A DNA stretch of 62,177 bases, filler included, from Globobulimina sp. (taxonomy: Eukaryota), in NCBI GenBank assembly GCA_003354225.1. It is 32 parts of 32 records of this genome, joined end to end, with 100 filler letters (N's around TTAATTAATTAA, not from the genome) between each part and the next. Parts side by side here need not be neighbours in the genome. Positions count along the whole stretch, not along the records: positions 35,044 to 36,889 come from PIVH01011291.1; positions 36,990 to 38,835 come from PIVH01011292.1; positions 38,936 to 40,781 come from PIVH01011293.1; positions 40,882 to 42,727 come from PIVH01011294.1; positions 42,828 to 44,672 come from PIVH01011295.1; positions 44,773 to 46,617 come from PIVH01011296.1; positions 46,718 to 48,562 come from PIVH01011297.1; 25 more parts are not named here. One strand, 5' to 3'. The notes beneath the pieces are model-generated. The model was not told the DNA's origin, did no database searches, and saw nothing but the letters and a program-made list of their open reading frames with translations. Positions 35,387 through 46,835 of this stretch are shown here, one piece after another. Numbering within the stretch: the stretch's first letter is position 1; each line of letters begins with the position of its first letter. The translations under genes were made by a program, and so were the position numbers.

Positions 35387-36787
35387 TCAGTAACACGTTG
35401 CTCTCAAACTGTCATTGTCATTGCAGCATGGATCATATGTTTGATCTCTTTCCGCGTTCTCATTCTTATTTGTAATATATGTTTTTGATTGAAACAACAA
35501 TACCGTCTGAATTGTATCGTTTTGATCAATTATTTTAGCACAGAATTGATTGTCTGTTTTATATTCTTTATTATAATATTTATTGTCAACATAGAATAAT
35601 TGACCAGCACTTCTTGCAATTAATATTTCACATTCATAGCAATACTTTGAAATCCATGAAACATCACAACAAAAGAAATATGGATCAGATTGAACGGAGT
35701 TATCAATCTCAATTATCATTCCGTCGCCGCCCATGAAATTTAATGCAACGTCTTTGTCCCATGTTGAACTTACAAAAGTCACAAAATATCCATTTTTGAT
35801 GTTGTTTGTGTTAAATCGTACACCTGCCACTCCTGAATACAATTTGCATTCCGTGATTTCTAACTGTGATAACTTATAAATTGCGGTATATAGGCAATAA
35901 TCAAACCATTTCCATTTTTTATAATCACCATTTCTTTGTGACAAACATAAATCATAGTTACACTCACATTGTGTATACATTACTAATGATAACATTTCCG
36001 CTTTGTTCAATGGCCAACCGAGTAATTTATGTTTTGCTGAATTCAATTTATGCTCAACAACACGTAATATTGAAGCATCCTCATTAGTATTTAAACATAA
36101 ATCTTGTTGAAATCCATTTTTAATCACTTCTTTCAATAATTCTTTCAAATATCCCTCGTTTTCATCAAATTTATTACGTTCCGATTTCTTCGGATTATAA
36201 ATTGGATGATTTTGTGTGTGATTCGTATTCATTATAAATGCAGAAAAATTTTCAGCTAATTTTAGTTGTCTTTGTCTCGGTGGATGTCGATAAATTTGCA
36301 TATGACACAAATCAATATCACGTATTTCGTTGCCTCCATTCTCTAATCTAAGGAATACATCACATTTCTCTTTCAATTTACATTCAGGTTTTTCCAATAA
36401 ATCTTTAAAATGGTTGTATTCCATCAAATGTTGTAAAGTTTTCGCGTTATATGTACCATCTCGTCCCAATTTCGTGTCTTTATATATTGCACAATCCAAT
36501 CCATACTGGCATGTGATATCCGATAATGATCGATTATGATTTCGAATTGGTTTAACTTTCAAAAGAACATTTCTAATATACTTTGTTCGGAAATAATAGG
36601 AATAATATTTTGATACAATAGGTGCTTCACATGGGGTATGAATATGAACTAATTCAAACTGCGTTGGATAATGTTCGTTCCTCATTGTATTCATTGCACA
36701 TGTTATTATATCATTTTTTAATGTTTTATCATCAATATAAGATTTTTTAATGTTTATTGATTGGTTAAACCGATGGCGATGTCTGTG
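35387..36787 (-). CDS. ADP-ribosyltransferase-like protein with two Cys/His zinc-finger-like repeats
   Basis: CQYGLDC..H and [57 protein letters not shown]. Confidence 0.65.
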   Translation of the reverse strand, partial: HRHRHRFNQSINIKKSYIDDKTLKNDIITCAMNTMRNEHYPTQFELVHIHTPCEAPIVSKYYSYYFRTKYIRNVLLKVKPIRNHNRSLSDITCQYGLDCAIYKDTKLGRDGTYNAKTLQHLMEYNHFKDLLEKPECKLKEKCDVFLRLENGGNEIRDIDLCHMQIYRHPPRQRQLKLAENFSAFIMNTNHTQNHPIYNPKKSERNKFDENEGYLKELLKEVIKNGFQQDLCLNTNEDASILRVVEHKLNSAKHKLLGWPLNKAEMLSLVMYTQCECNYDLCLSQRNGDYKKWKWFDYCLYTAIYKLSQLEITECKLYSGVAGVRFNTNNIKNGYFVTFVSSTWDKDVALNFMGGDGMIIEIDNSVQSDPYFFCCDVSWISKYCYECEILIARSAGQLFYVDNKYYNKEYKTDNQFCAKIIDQNDTIQTVLLFQSKTYITNKNENAERDQTYDPCCNDNDSLRATCY

Positions 36788-36889
36788 GTCAACTTTGATA
36801 TTAACAAACGCCTTATTCATTAGCTTTGCGACTTTTTCATTTTCAAATGATTCGCGTTCCATCACATGACACCAGTGACACGTCGCGTA
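36788..36889 (-). CDS. YyaL/SPATA20 (DUF255) thioredoxin-like fragment fused in frame to the ART-like ORF
   Basis: [34 protein letters not shown]; similarity stops where REERPD is expected. Confidence 0.8.
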
Positions 36890-37253
36890 NNNNNNNNNNN
36901 NNNNNNNNNNNNNNNNNNNNNNNNNNNNNNNNNTTAATTAATTAANNNNNNNNNNNNNNNNNNNNNNNNNNNNNNNNNNNNNNNNNNNNTAAAACAGCTT
37001 TTGGTTTTTTGATGTTTGTAAGAAAAATTCCTATATGGATTAAGAATTGTTATCCTTTTAAATTATATGAAATAGAATGTAAATACTACCCGAAATAAGC
37101 AATATAAAAAAATACGCAGTCACAATAAAATAAGTTTTTTTTTTCAACACCAACCAAAAAAATGTATGTCCTATTCGATCTCTATTCTGGTTTATAATGT
37201 TTTCCATAAACTGACCTCTGGTTTATAATGTTTCAGCAGAGTTAAAGTTTAAA

Positions 37254-38360
37254 ATGATGTCACTCAGAGAGCAATCAATAACCGTATGGATCATAGCTGT
37301 ATTATCAATTTGTAATGGCTACGATGTATATTATACTGAAAATGTATTATTGTTTAAATTTAAATCTGTGATCAATTGTCCCGAAAACGATATTTGCAAT
37401 ATACATGTAACCGGCGCCTGGGCGTTACAAAAAAGTACCATCAAATGTCCATCAAATCGAGATTGTTATATACATTGTTATGCAAAAGGAGCATGTTACC
37501 AAAGTGTTATTAATTGCCCCGCCACAGCAAATTGTGTCATAAAATGCTTTTATGCTCAGAGTTGTGCATATTTCACAGTAAACACACAATCTTCAGGCTC
37601 CTCCTCAGGAAATTTATTAAATATTGAATGCGCAGCAATTTGGAGTTGTTATAAATCCAATATTGATACATTAAATAATGTTGGGGGTGCTCTCAATATT
37701 TCTGCCCCCGGCAATCATTTCTCACATAGTTTGCTTTATCAATCACTTATAAAATGCCCCAAAAATGGGCAATGTTTGTTGTCAGTCACTGGTTCCTATT
37801 CAATGGAATATTCAGTTGTTGACGCCTCATTATCAACATCTTTAGATTTGAAAGTTGGAGGAAGCACAGCCATGGCATACAGTTCCGTCTGGTGCCCAAA
37901 TGATGGAATGGAAAATACAAAACAGAACTGTAACATTGAAATAGATTCTTATCAATCTTATACAATGTATCAAACAAAAATCTATGCAGTTGCATCATTT
38001 AAAGATTTACATTTGAAATGTATTGGGGATTATTGTACGGAAAAGAATGTTGCTGATGGAGGTAAAAATGCACCACAATTGTATTGTAAAACAAAATATA
38101 ATGCAAATTGTGCTTTAATATTGACAGATAAGGAATGGGACTGTAGTACAGCGAGTGACTGTAGTTCATGGACTCTTGAACAGGGAAATAGTGGCCATGG
38201 CCATGGTTACAATGTGTATCCGATATTCTTATCGATCATGGCAATAACAGTGATCATGATTGGATATATTTTACGCAAATACGTGTTTAAAAGACAAAAT
38301 GTATCAAATGACAGTGTAATGATTGAGGGTCGTACAGGTACTGCGTACATTGATAGATGA
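37254..38360 (+). CDS. Cys-rich repeat type I membrane/surface protein
   Basis: Signal peptide, repeated S.I.CP...C.I.C units, C-terminal TM helix. Confidence 0.8.
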   Translation: MMSLREQSITVWIIAVLSICNGYDVYYTENVLLFKFKSVINCPENDICNIHVTGAWALQKSTIKCPSNRDCYIHCYAKGACYQSVINCPATANCVIKCFYAQSCAYFTVNTQSSGSSSGNLLNIECAAIWSCYKSNIDTLNNVGGALNISAPGNHFSHSLLYQSLIKCPKNGQCLLSVTGSYSMEYSVVDASLSTSLDLKVGGSTAMAYSSVWCPNDGMENTKQNCNIEIDSYQSYTMYQTKIYAVASFKDLHLKCIGDYCTEKNVADGGKNAPQLYCKTKYNANCALILTDKEWDCSTASDCSSWTLEQGNSGHGHGYNVYPIFLSIMAITVIMIGYILRKYVFKRQNVSNDSVMIEGRTGTAYIDR

Positions 38361-38454
38361 ATACAGGATCTATCCTTGCACTCACTGACAATATTTATTT
38401 CTTTTTAAGATCCGATTTACACTAAACGATGACTTTTGATGATAAGTATACTAA

Positions 38455-38683
38455 TTTTCATAATCATTGTCGTTCATGTTTAGGATCCACAGACTTTTAG
38501 GATTTTGGAACTTTGCGATTCTTCTGTACCGTTGCAGATAGAAACGTTTTTCAAGGTTTTTTCTGTCAATCAGCAACGCATTTGTTACCATATAACGTTT
38601 CTGTAACCCAGCAATTCATTTCTGTACTGACGCAAAGTTCTAAAAGTCCTGGAATTCCTAAAAAACGACAATGATTATGAAAA
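38455..38683. mobile_element. MITE-like element with 20-bp perfect terminal inverted repeats
   Basis: TTTTCATAATCATTGTCGTT (38455-38474) vs AACGACAATGATTATGAAAA (38664-38683), plus inner pairs GACTTTTAG/CTAAAAGTC and GAACTTTGCG/CGCAAAGTTC. Confidence 0.65.
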
Positions 38684-38935
38684 GAAACTGAGCGACAATG
38701 ATTTTGACAATTGGTATAAAACAGCTTTTGGTTTTTTGATGTTTGTAAGAAAAATTCCTATATGGATTAAGAATTGTTATCCTTTTAAATTATATGAAAT
38801 AGAATGTAAATACTACCCGAAATAAGCAATATAAANNNNNNNNNNNNNNNNNNNNNNNNNNNNNNNNNNNNNNNNNNNNTTAATTAATTAANNNNNNNNN
38901 NNNNNNNNNNNNNNNNNNNNNNNNNNNNNNNNNNN

Positions 38936-39105
38936 GTTTGCTGTCTTTTTTGATTGATTTCTTGGGTCATTTCTTGATCGGAATCTGAGTCAGCATTTGG
39001 GTTTATGGAGCTTACGTATTCCTTGCGACGTTTGGATGGGTCGTCGTAGATGTTTTTATCCATTACTGGGTCAGTACCCATTTTTATTCCTTGTTTTGCT
39101 GACAT
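38936..39105 (-). CDS. 5' part of an unknown gene (MSAKQGIKMG...)
   Basis: Hydrophilic ORF running into the spacer, divergent from the transporter gene. Confidence 0.45.
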
Positions 39106-39327
39106 GATGATTTTGAAGATATAAATTGTTGAGTTTTTCAAAAATCGTTTTTGATTTTAATAAATACAGCCAAAAAAAGATAGTGTAGGTAACTCTGACT
39201 CCACTATTAATCGATTGTTTGTCTTTTCCTTTTTTTGCTCAAGAACTGTGTGGTTCTGAGACTCACTCGAAAGTTTTTTATTTGGGAAAATCCGTTGTTT
39301 TTATTCGATTTGCATGTGCGATTAAAC

Positions 39328-40530
39328 ATGGTGAGCGATCTCACGACTGGTACGTTATTATCATTTGCAGCAGCAATATTATTTGGTGCTCACACATCAT
39401 TTTCTAAGACAAAATCAGTGATTGAATCAGGAGTAGCCGTGCCCATTTACAATGTATATTTCTTAATCGGAGCAGCATTAACATGTTTCATTGAATATGT
39501 TATTTTATTAATCCTCGGCGCAACCATTCAATTCACATACTTAGGAATAATTTGTGCATTTTTATTACTATGTTTCGAAGTATTTATCTTACTCTCCATC
39601 AAACAGATCGGTGTAGGATATGCCACCGGATTCTGTGTATTGAGTAGCTCTGTCATCACACCGCTATTACAAATTATATTAGGTCAACCAATTGCGGTTT
39701 GGTGGATTATGGTGATTGGATTAGCAATGTTGGCGACATCCGTATTTTTAATGTCCATATTGCGCGATGCATTGAAATGGTGTGGTATTAACGCATCGGA
39801 CCAAACACAACAAGCTCATAAAACAAATGAAGTTGCTACACATAGATATGGCGCAGAATTGCAGTCATTGGATGAACATAAACCGTTAATTGGCACCAAC
39901 CACACTAATATTCAGACTGTCGAGCCTGTAAACGAACAAATGGTGATATCACGATGTAACATGATATTAGGTTTAATATTTAGCAGTTTAGCAGGTATAT
40001 TTATGGCCATTTTGCCGTTGCCATCGCTATATGCACAGCCAAAGAGTGCCGGATTGAATTTTTTCTTATCATTTGGTGTTGGCTGTGTACTGATGATTCC
40101 TTTAAGTGGCATAATTGCTGTATTTACAGAGAAAGGAGAGAAGATTGTTAATGATGATGTTGATGGCGGACATAGAAAACCGAAGAAATATGGAAATGAG
40201 TCAAGCTTTGCTATGGCGTATATTTTGTTGTGTAAACTACTATCATTTGACGATGAGGTGTGGCATTTTAAGGAGGTTATAGTTCCCGCGGTAAGTGCTG
40301 GGGTTGTATGGAGTATTGGTAACATTTGTGGTTTTTGCTCATTTTTGTATTTGAGTTATACGATTGCAGTGTCATTTGTGCAGTGTAATGTTATTGTTGC
40401 TATGTTTTTGGGGGTTGTTTTATGGAAAGAAATTACAAATAAAATAGAGATATTGATGTTATTTGTGTTGTCATTGGTATTGGTTGGTGGATGTGCTGTT
40501 GTCGTGTATGGTGTATTTGGTTCGTTTTGA
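39328..40530 (+). CDS. Drug/metabolite-superfamily (TMEM144-like) transporter
   Basis: About 10 TM helices in two repeats; SIKQIGVGYA and AGVVWSIGNI; ATG at 39328. Confidence 0.7.
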   Translation: MVSDLTTGTLLSFAAAILFGAHTSFSKTKSVIESGVAVPIYNVYFLIGAALTCFIEYVILLILGATIQFTYLGIICAFLLLCFEVFILLSIKQIGVGYATGFCVLSSSVITPLLQIILGQPIAVWWIMVIGLAMLATSVFLMSILRDALKWCGINASDQTQQAHKTNEVATHRYGAELQSLDEHKPLIGTNHTNIQTVEPVNEQMVISRCNMILGLIFSSLAGIFMAILPLPSLYAQPKSAGLNFFLSFGVGCVLMIPLSGIIAVFTEKGEKIVNDDVDGGHRKPKKYGNESSFAMAYILLCKLLSFDDEVWHFKEVIVPAVSAGVVWSIGNICGFCSFLYLSYTIAVSFVQCNVIVAMFLGVVLWKEITNKIEILMLFVLSLVLVGGCAVVVYGVFGSF

Positions 40531-41261
40531 AAATAAATTAGATTGTATAATCACTCCTTTTTTTTTTGTATTTGTCCATATAGTACTATGTAGTGAGTAG
40601 CTTTAATTTCAAACACTCGAATGCTAGTCATTTCAACATAGTTATATTTTACAATCTATATTTATCCTGGCACTCATCCGAAAATTGATAACAGTTTCAT
40701 TGAATTTTTAGTATCGAGTCTGATAACGTGTTTCTAAAAAACAAAGATCACGGCCCACGTTATGCTTCCATTTACCAGTACNNNNNNNNNNNNNNNNNNN
40801 NNNNNNNNNNNNNNNNNNNNNNNNNTTAATTAATTAANNNNNNNNNNNNNNNNNNNNNNNNNNNNNNNNNNNNNNNNNNNNAATGTCATAATCTCGATCA
40901 CCAATGTCATAATACGGCACATCACAATGATAATCTTTCCAATCAATAAAATTTTTAACGCTATAAAAAGTTGATTTATGTACACAAATTCGTTTTTGTT
41001 ATGTTATGTGGCATTGTATTGTATTGTATTGTACTGTATTGACAGTGTGAGTTGTAACCAATAGAACAGAATATAAAAAAGAAAATAAAATTGGAACCAA
41101 TAGAAAGAGATAATAAAATGCACAATAATATGGAGAAAAAACAAAAATAATATGGTATATAAGATGCATAATAAAATTATAAGAACCAATCAATGTATAT
41201 AAAACAAATAATATTAGTAAAATTATTAGATAGATGTAAAACAAACAAAAAAAATCAGTAC

Positions 41262-42727
41262 TTACTCATAAATATGACAGGTACCACATTCCATCAACCA
41301 ATTTGCATGATATCCATTCATATTACAACCTTTGTTCGTGATTACCAAACCCTTTGCCCTCTGAAGACTCCTCTCTGTATACGTAATATCATATTCCTTC
41401 TCCATTAATTCCACGAAATTATACAATTCCACACCACGAAATTCGCACTCAAAATCAGAATAAATTATCATCCAATGATCGCAATTCTGACTCAAAATAC
41501 TTATCAATTTCTTTAATTTAATATAGATAATCCCATCATACATATTTCTATTTGTATCAATTCCCATGAATTGCAATTTCAATCTATGTTTTTTGACATT
41601 TCCTAATGATTTAATTAAAGCATCCAATATATCGCATACAATCCAATCAGAAAAGTATAGATCGAAACAAATATATTTTAATGTTTTCATTGTTTTATTA
41701 ATCCATATCCTCAGTGTTTCCATATCGATCCCAACCTCAACGTCGCCAATAGAGCTCATATCAAAATAAATCCTCTCCAAACATTTCATATTCTGTTCAA
41801 ATATTTTAAAACCGTATTTTCTCCATTTTTCTCTGTCTGATATTCTCCATTTTAAACACAGTTCTTTCAAGTTATAATTGCTAATATACGGAATTATAGC
41901 ATGTGCCTGATCGGCATCGATATGCAATGACTGTAAATCGCAGATTGATAAACACATATTTGCCATCACAGAATATTCCATACTGTGGGCAGCGAATCCT
42001 TTTACTGTTCGGAGAAAATCATAATTATCATTCGTAAACGCAATGGCATTATAACATTCAAAGTATTCTAATTTACTATTTCGAGTCATCATTGATATCA
42101 AACCATTATAAATGGGATTGTTCGTCGACTTCCAGCTGGGATCGGTGCATTCGTTTTCGTTATTAATTAATCGAACAGCTTTAGTATTTGATAAATCATA
42201 GCGTTCAGTTAAAAGAGATAATATCATATTAAATGCCCCAACACCACGGATTGTTAATTGTTGAATATTTGTAAATAAATTATCAAATCTATCAAAATAA
42301 AATAAATCTAGACATTTGAGATGAGGATCAATCGGAATCGTCAATGAATTGAATACTCTGAATTTGTGTAAATATGTTTCGATGTCTTCTCTCTTATTAT
42401 AACCACAGAATTCAATTAATTTCATAAAATATTCTTCATTTAATGAATGAATTGGTTTCGTGGAGGAGCGCGAGCCAATGAATATGGCGCGATCAGCTTT
42501 CTCAAATTGTAATTGATCAGAAAATTCCAAAAAAGAGGAAATCTCAGAAAGCATTACATTTGGTAATTCATTCAATTTGATTGAAATCTGTACCGAATCA
42601 TCATCGTTATTGTTATTGTTGTTGTTGTTGGTGTTTATTGTTTTTGGTTTTCGGCATTGTTTAGTTTTGGAAATAATGCTATTCATTTTATTGAGATTAT
42701 CCATTTTATTATGTGTCAATTCCTCAA
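41262..42727 (-). CDS. F-box-like protein with LRR-like body
   Basis: LNELPNVMLSEISSFLEFSDQLQFEKADR followed by LxxLxI repeats. Confidence 0.6.
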
Positions 42728-42827
42728 NNNNNNNNNNNNNNNNNNNNNNNNNNNNNNNNNNNNNNNNNNNNTTAATTAATTAANNNNNNNNNNNNNNNNN
42801 NNNNNNNNNNNNNNNNNNNNNNNNNNN

Positions 42828-43653
42828 GTATGACAGCCGGCCCCATTCCAATCTCCTTTGATTGGTTTCGGGTCAAATGAGACATTCACATTAAAATCCT
42901 CCGCCACGCGCATTAAAATATACCTCGATAACCATAACTGATCGCCACTGTCAATACCCACAGATGGACCAACTTGAAATTCCCATTGACCCGGCATTAC
43001 TTCAGCATTAATGCCAGAAATATCAATCCCTGCATATAAACATGCTCTGTAATGTGCGTCCGCGATATGTCGGCCATGGGCGTTTTTGCTTCCAACAGAA
43101 CAATAATACGGTCCCTTTGGTGTTTGTATATATGGAGTTATGTATTAATAGAGGTACGTATACAAAAAGCGTTAACTTGCGGAGCCGGAAAACCATTAAC
43201 AGGCCAACCCAATGGTGTTGCGCCACTGCTATCGAATAATGTGTATTCTTGTTCAATACCGTACCATGGTTCTTCTTCTTTCACTGATTTCTCTTCAAAT
43301 ATTTTATTTGCATTGGATCGGTTGTTTGTAGCAAGTGGTTGCATTGTTTTTGCATTTAATGTGCCGCACATACACAATAAATTATCGCCACCGCGAAATG
43401 GATCTCGTACAATTTTAACGGGTTGTAAATATACTTCAGAGTCGTTGCCATCCGCTTGATCTGTTGATGAGCCATCGTAATTCCATCCGGGTATATCAGC
43501 GACACTGTCCACTGCTCTTGCTAATGTTCTGGTTTTTGATCGTAAATCTAAACCAGTTCCGCCAATCCAAATATATTCTACTTGGATTCTATCACCTTGC
43601 GGTAAATTTAAATATTTGTATAAGGCTGCAAAATTTTTACCATTTGATGCCAT
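42828..43653 (-). CDS. GLUL: Glutamine synthetase type II (intron 43115-43176), 3'-partial
   Basis: [67 protein letters not shown]. Confidence 0.97.
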
Positions 43654-44353
43654 TTTCCGGGTGCTATTGATTTTGTTAACGGAGAAGCGGGTGAATCTGG
43701 AGTCGGAAATGATCTGTTTTTAGAATGTGAAAAGTTTTTAAAATAAAAGGACAATCTCTTTGGAAAAGGTTTTTTAAATAAAATTGTCTTAGATTAGCTG
43801 TATGTTAATAAAGGAAAATGTAAAGGAAAGGAATAAAGAATATAAATAGGAACTAATAATAGATATACAAGTATTAATAGGAACTTTGATTAATATGGAA
43901 TAATTAAAGTGTTTCTAAGAATAGAAAAGGTCGATAGTGGTCCGAAGGATTTGATCGAACTATCTAAAGGTACAATGACTAATATTTTATTCAATACAGT
44001 TTAATTGAAGATAAAGGAATTCATTTAAAAATTAAAACTGGACCATTGTAGAAATAAACAATTTGATGATATGGTAATCAATCAAATGAATGCTTAGTAT
44101 GTTGCAAGTATAAAACCATTGTGACATCCACTGCACATGAAATATGATTAAATTGACAAGAAAACCAATGGAAAGGCTATAAATTTGGATATTGATGCAA
44201 AAGAACCAGCAATTATCCAATTACTGTTTAAAGTGAGTTTATTGTTTGCTTCTGTTTTTGATTGAATGTCATTAATAATGTTGACGTGGAATCTACGCAA
44301 GAGTTTTTATAATTTAAAGTTGTGTTCACAAATTACAATTCCCTTTGCTAATC

Positions 44354-44672
44354 ATGCTTGAAGAGACTGTGTCTCTCACTCCGTCAGATGAAGTAAATTT
44401 AGTCGCGTTACGTAAATCAAAAACAATATTGGGCGTAGAAGACAAATACCCAAAACTATGCAACTCGAAATTGATCGTTTTTCTAAATTCCAAATTACGC
44501 ACTCCATGGAATATCATTCAAACCGTGGTAATATTGTATTATATCATATCTATCCCTTGACGATTTTCATACATTGCTCAAAATACGTCACTCATTGATG
44601 GCACTCTTATAATAGATTACATTTGTGATTTATTAATATTACTCGATTTACTTTTCAATTCCTTTTATTTCC
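44354..44672 (+). pseudogene. Voltage-gated/CNG-type cation channel S1-S2 region with in-frame TGA at 44558
   Basis: NSKLRTPWNIIQTVVILYYIISIP*RFSY...IIDYICDLLILLDLLFNSF; the frame stays open and channel-like after the stop. Confidence 0.5.
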
Positions 44673-44772
44673 NNNNNNNNNNNNNNNNNNNNNNNNNNNN
44701 NNNNNNNNNNNNNNNNTTAATTAATTAANNNNNNNNNNNNNNNNNNNNNNNNNNNNNNNNNNNNNNNNNNNN

Positions 44773-45535
44773 TAATTTTTATCAGTTTGTCCACATATCA
44801 TAGTTCTTAATCATAGTCAGATTTTTTGCATATAAGTGTCTTCATCTGAATGTTCCGCTAATTTTAGAGCAAAATAACATTTTACAGAGATACTGATATC
44901 ACTAAATCCATCAACTTTTTTGCAAATAAACCAATAGCACAACATGCAGTTAGCACATACATACAAATAGCGACAACGGCGATATATCCAAGCTTAAAAT
45001 GCAAAGCATTGTCTGCAACGTTCCAATTACCGCCATATATGAAACTAACGCAAGCAAGTTCGAGCATGTTAAGTAAAGCAAATAAGCAAGTGATGGAATA
45101 CAGAATTATCAATGAAGAATCTTCAAATGTTGATAATTTATATGCAGATGAACTGAACGTATGACGTAATCTGAATATTAAAATTGCTAAAAGTGTTACC
45201 AACGATATATACGTCACCAAATAAAGTATAGTATCCATGACAATTATTTCCCAATAAAAAGGATTGGAGGGAACGACACATAAAATCGCTGGAATCAGTG
45301 TTAAAAACAATGCTAAATATGTGGTTATAATGCAGATATAATATAGATTTTTTATTGTGTGATGTAATTTTGGGCATTGCGGTAATTCTTTGATTGAATG
45401 ATACGTGATCACGCATATGATGACCAACATAATCACGCATATGATGATTTCAATAAATCCCATTGTATCGTTGATTGCGAGTGCACATAAATCTGTCCCT
45501 GTCTGTTCCTCTGGCATCACTTAATTGCCTGGCAT
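44773..45535 (-). CDS. GPCR-like multi-pass membrane protein, 3'-partial
   Basis: Five TM helices; LIFRLRHTFSSSAY motif shared with the protein at 52553-53493. Confidence 0.65.
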
Positions 45536-45847
45536 GTTAATATAAGATGTACAGAGACTAAAAAAATTACTACTTATAGATATACCACCCCCTGGTCGAT
45601 AAAATTTATAATTGAATTTATAATTGAAATATGTTGTATACATTTCATTTTACATATTTCATATTTGTATATATTGCAAACAAACTCACAAGAAATTCAA
45701 TATCGTTAAAGCGTTATTACGAATGGGAAAAAATACTAGTATTAGTAGTATATTATATAACACACACAGAAAACACATACAATAATAACACATAATATAA
45801 TGACATTAAACACATGAATTTATTATTGAATTAATTTAATTTTGTTT

Positions 45848-46617
45848 TTACACAGAACTGTCTGCAACAACCTTTTTAGAAATGGCGGAATACTCTTTAC
45901 TATCTTTGAATCGTTTAAATGAATCATGTCTTAATAAATACCAAATATCAGAAAACGCAGAATCAAATGCATGATACAGATAGCTTTGAATAAACGAAGT
46001 AATATCAACTTTATCATCATTAAATGACTCAATATATGAATATACATTTTCCTTTTCGTCTGAACCAAACACGTTACATAAATCTGCTCGGATTACAGCA
46101 GGTACATTTATACATAAATCAGCATCAACAGCAACGTATTTCGCATATAAACGTTGCGAATATTCCACGATCCAATCAGTACTCAACGATGTCATTGCTG
46201 CGGTTTCATTTTGTTGCTGCAAATCAGCCGAAATAGGAACCCATTTATTTTTCCACATTGCTTCTTGAAACCGTTGCATATTTAACTGGAAATTTTCTTC
46301 ATTATTAATATTATTTAAAATACATTCAACAAATTCTGTATGATTGCCAATAACCAAATCATTCCAAACATGTATATTACCGCAATTATTATGTAAATAA
46401 TATCTAAACTGAGCAATCTCAACACAAAATAAAAGATTTTCTACAGATAGCTCATTCACACAATGTCTTATCAACGATTCGAATCCAAATTTATCACACA
46501 AAACATCAATCATTTTCGCTTCAATTGCAACTGGCATTGAATCATTGTTATCCAATTGAATAATAGAAGCAAGCTGATCTGTCACGGAATCATTGTCACC
46601 ATTGTCACGCTTTAATT
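45848..46617 (-). CDS. RGS-domain protein, 5'-partial
   Basis: FGFESLIRHCVNELSVENLLFCVE...LYAKYV..CINVP...DSFKRFKDS. Confidence 0.85.
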
Positions 46618-46835
46618 NNNNNNNNNNNNNNNNNNNNNNNNNNNNNNNNNNNNNNNNNNNNTTAATTAATTAANNNNNNNNNNNNNNNNNNNNNNNNNNN
46701 NNNNNNNNNNNNNNNNNAAACATACACATATAATAACACATAGATGATGTATAAATAATTAAATATTTGATACAGAAACGAAATAAAAACAGGGGATAAG
46801 TAAAAGGAAAATGATTTAACATAAATTTATTCATC

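Larger units (their letters stand above)
36990..38835. repeat. Exact 119-bp terminal direct repeat (36990-37108 = 38717-38835); unit 1727 bp
   Basis: Both contig ends read TAAAACAGCTTTTGG...AAGCAATATAAA. Confidence 0.95.

Noticed and set aside
44558-44560. Genome-wide TGA reassignment
   Set aside because: Many genes end in TGA at expected positions (e.g. 2133, 27021, 29889, 40530) and Trp is encoded by TGG.
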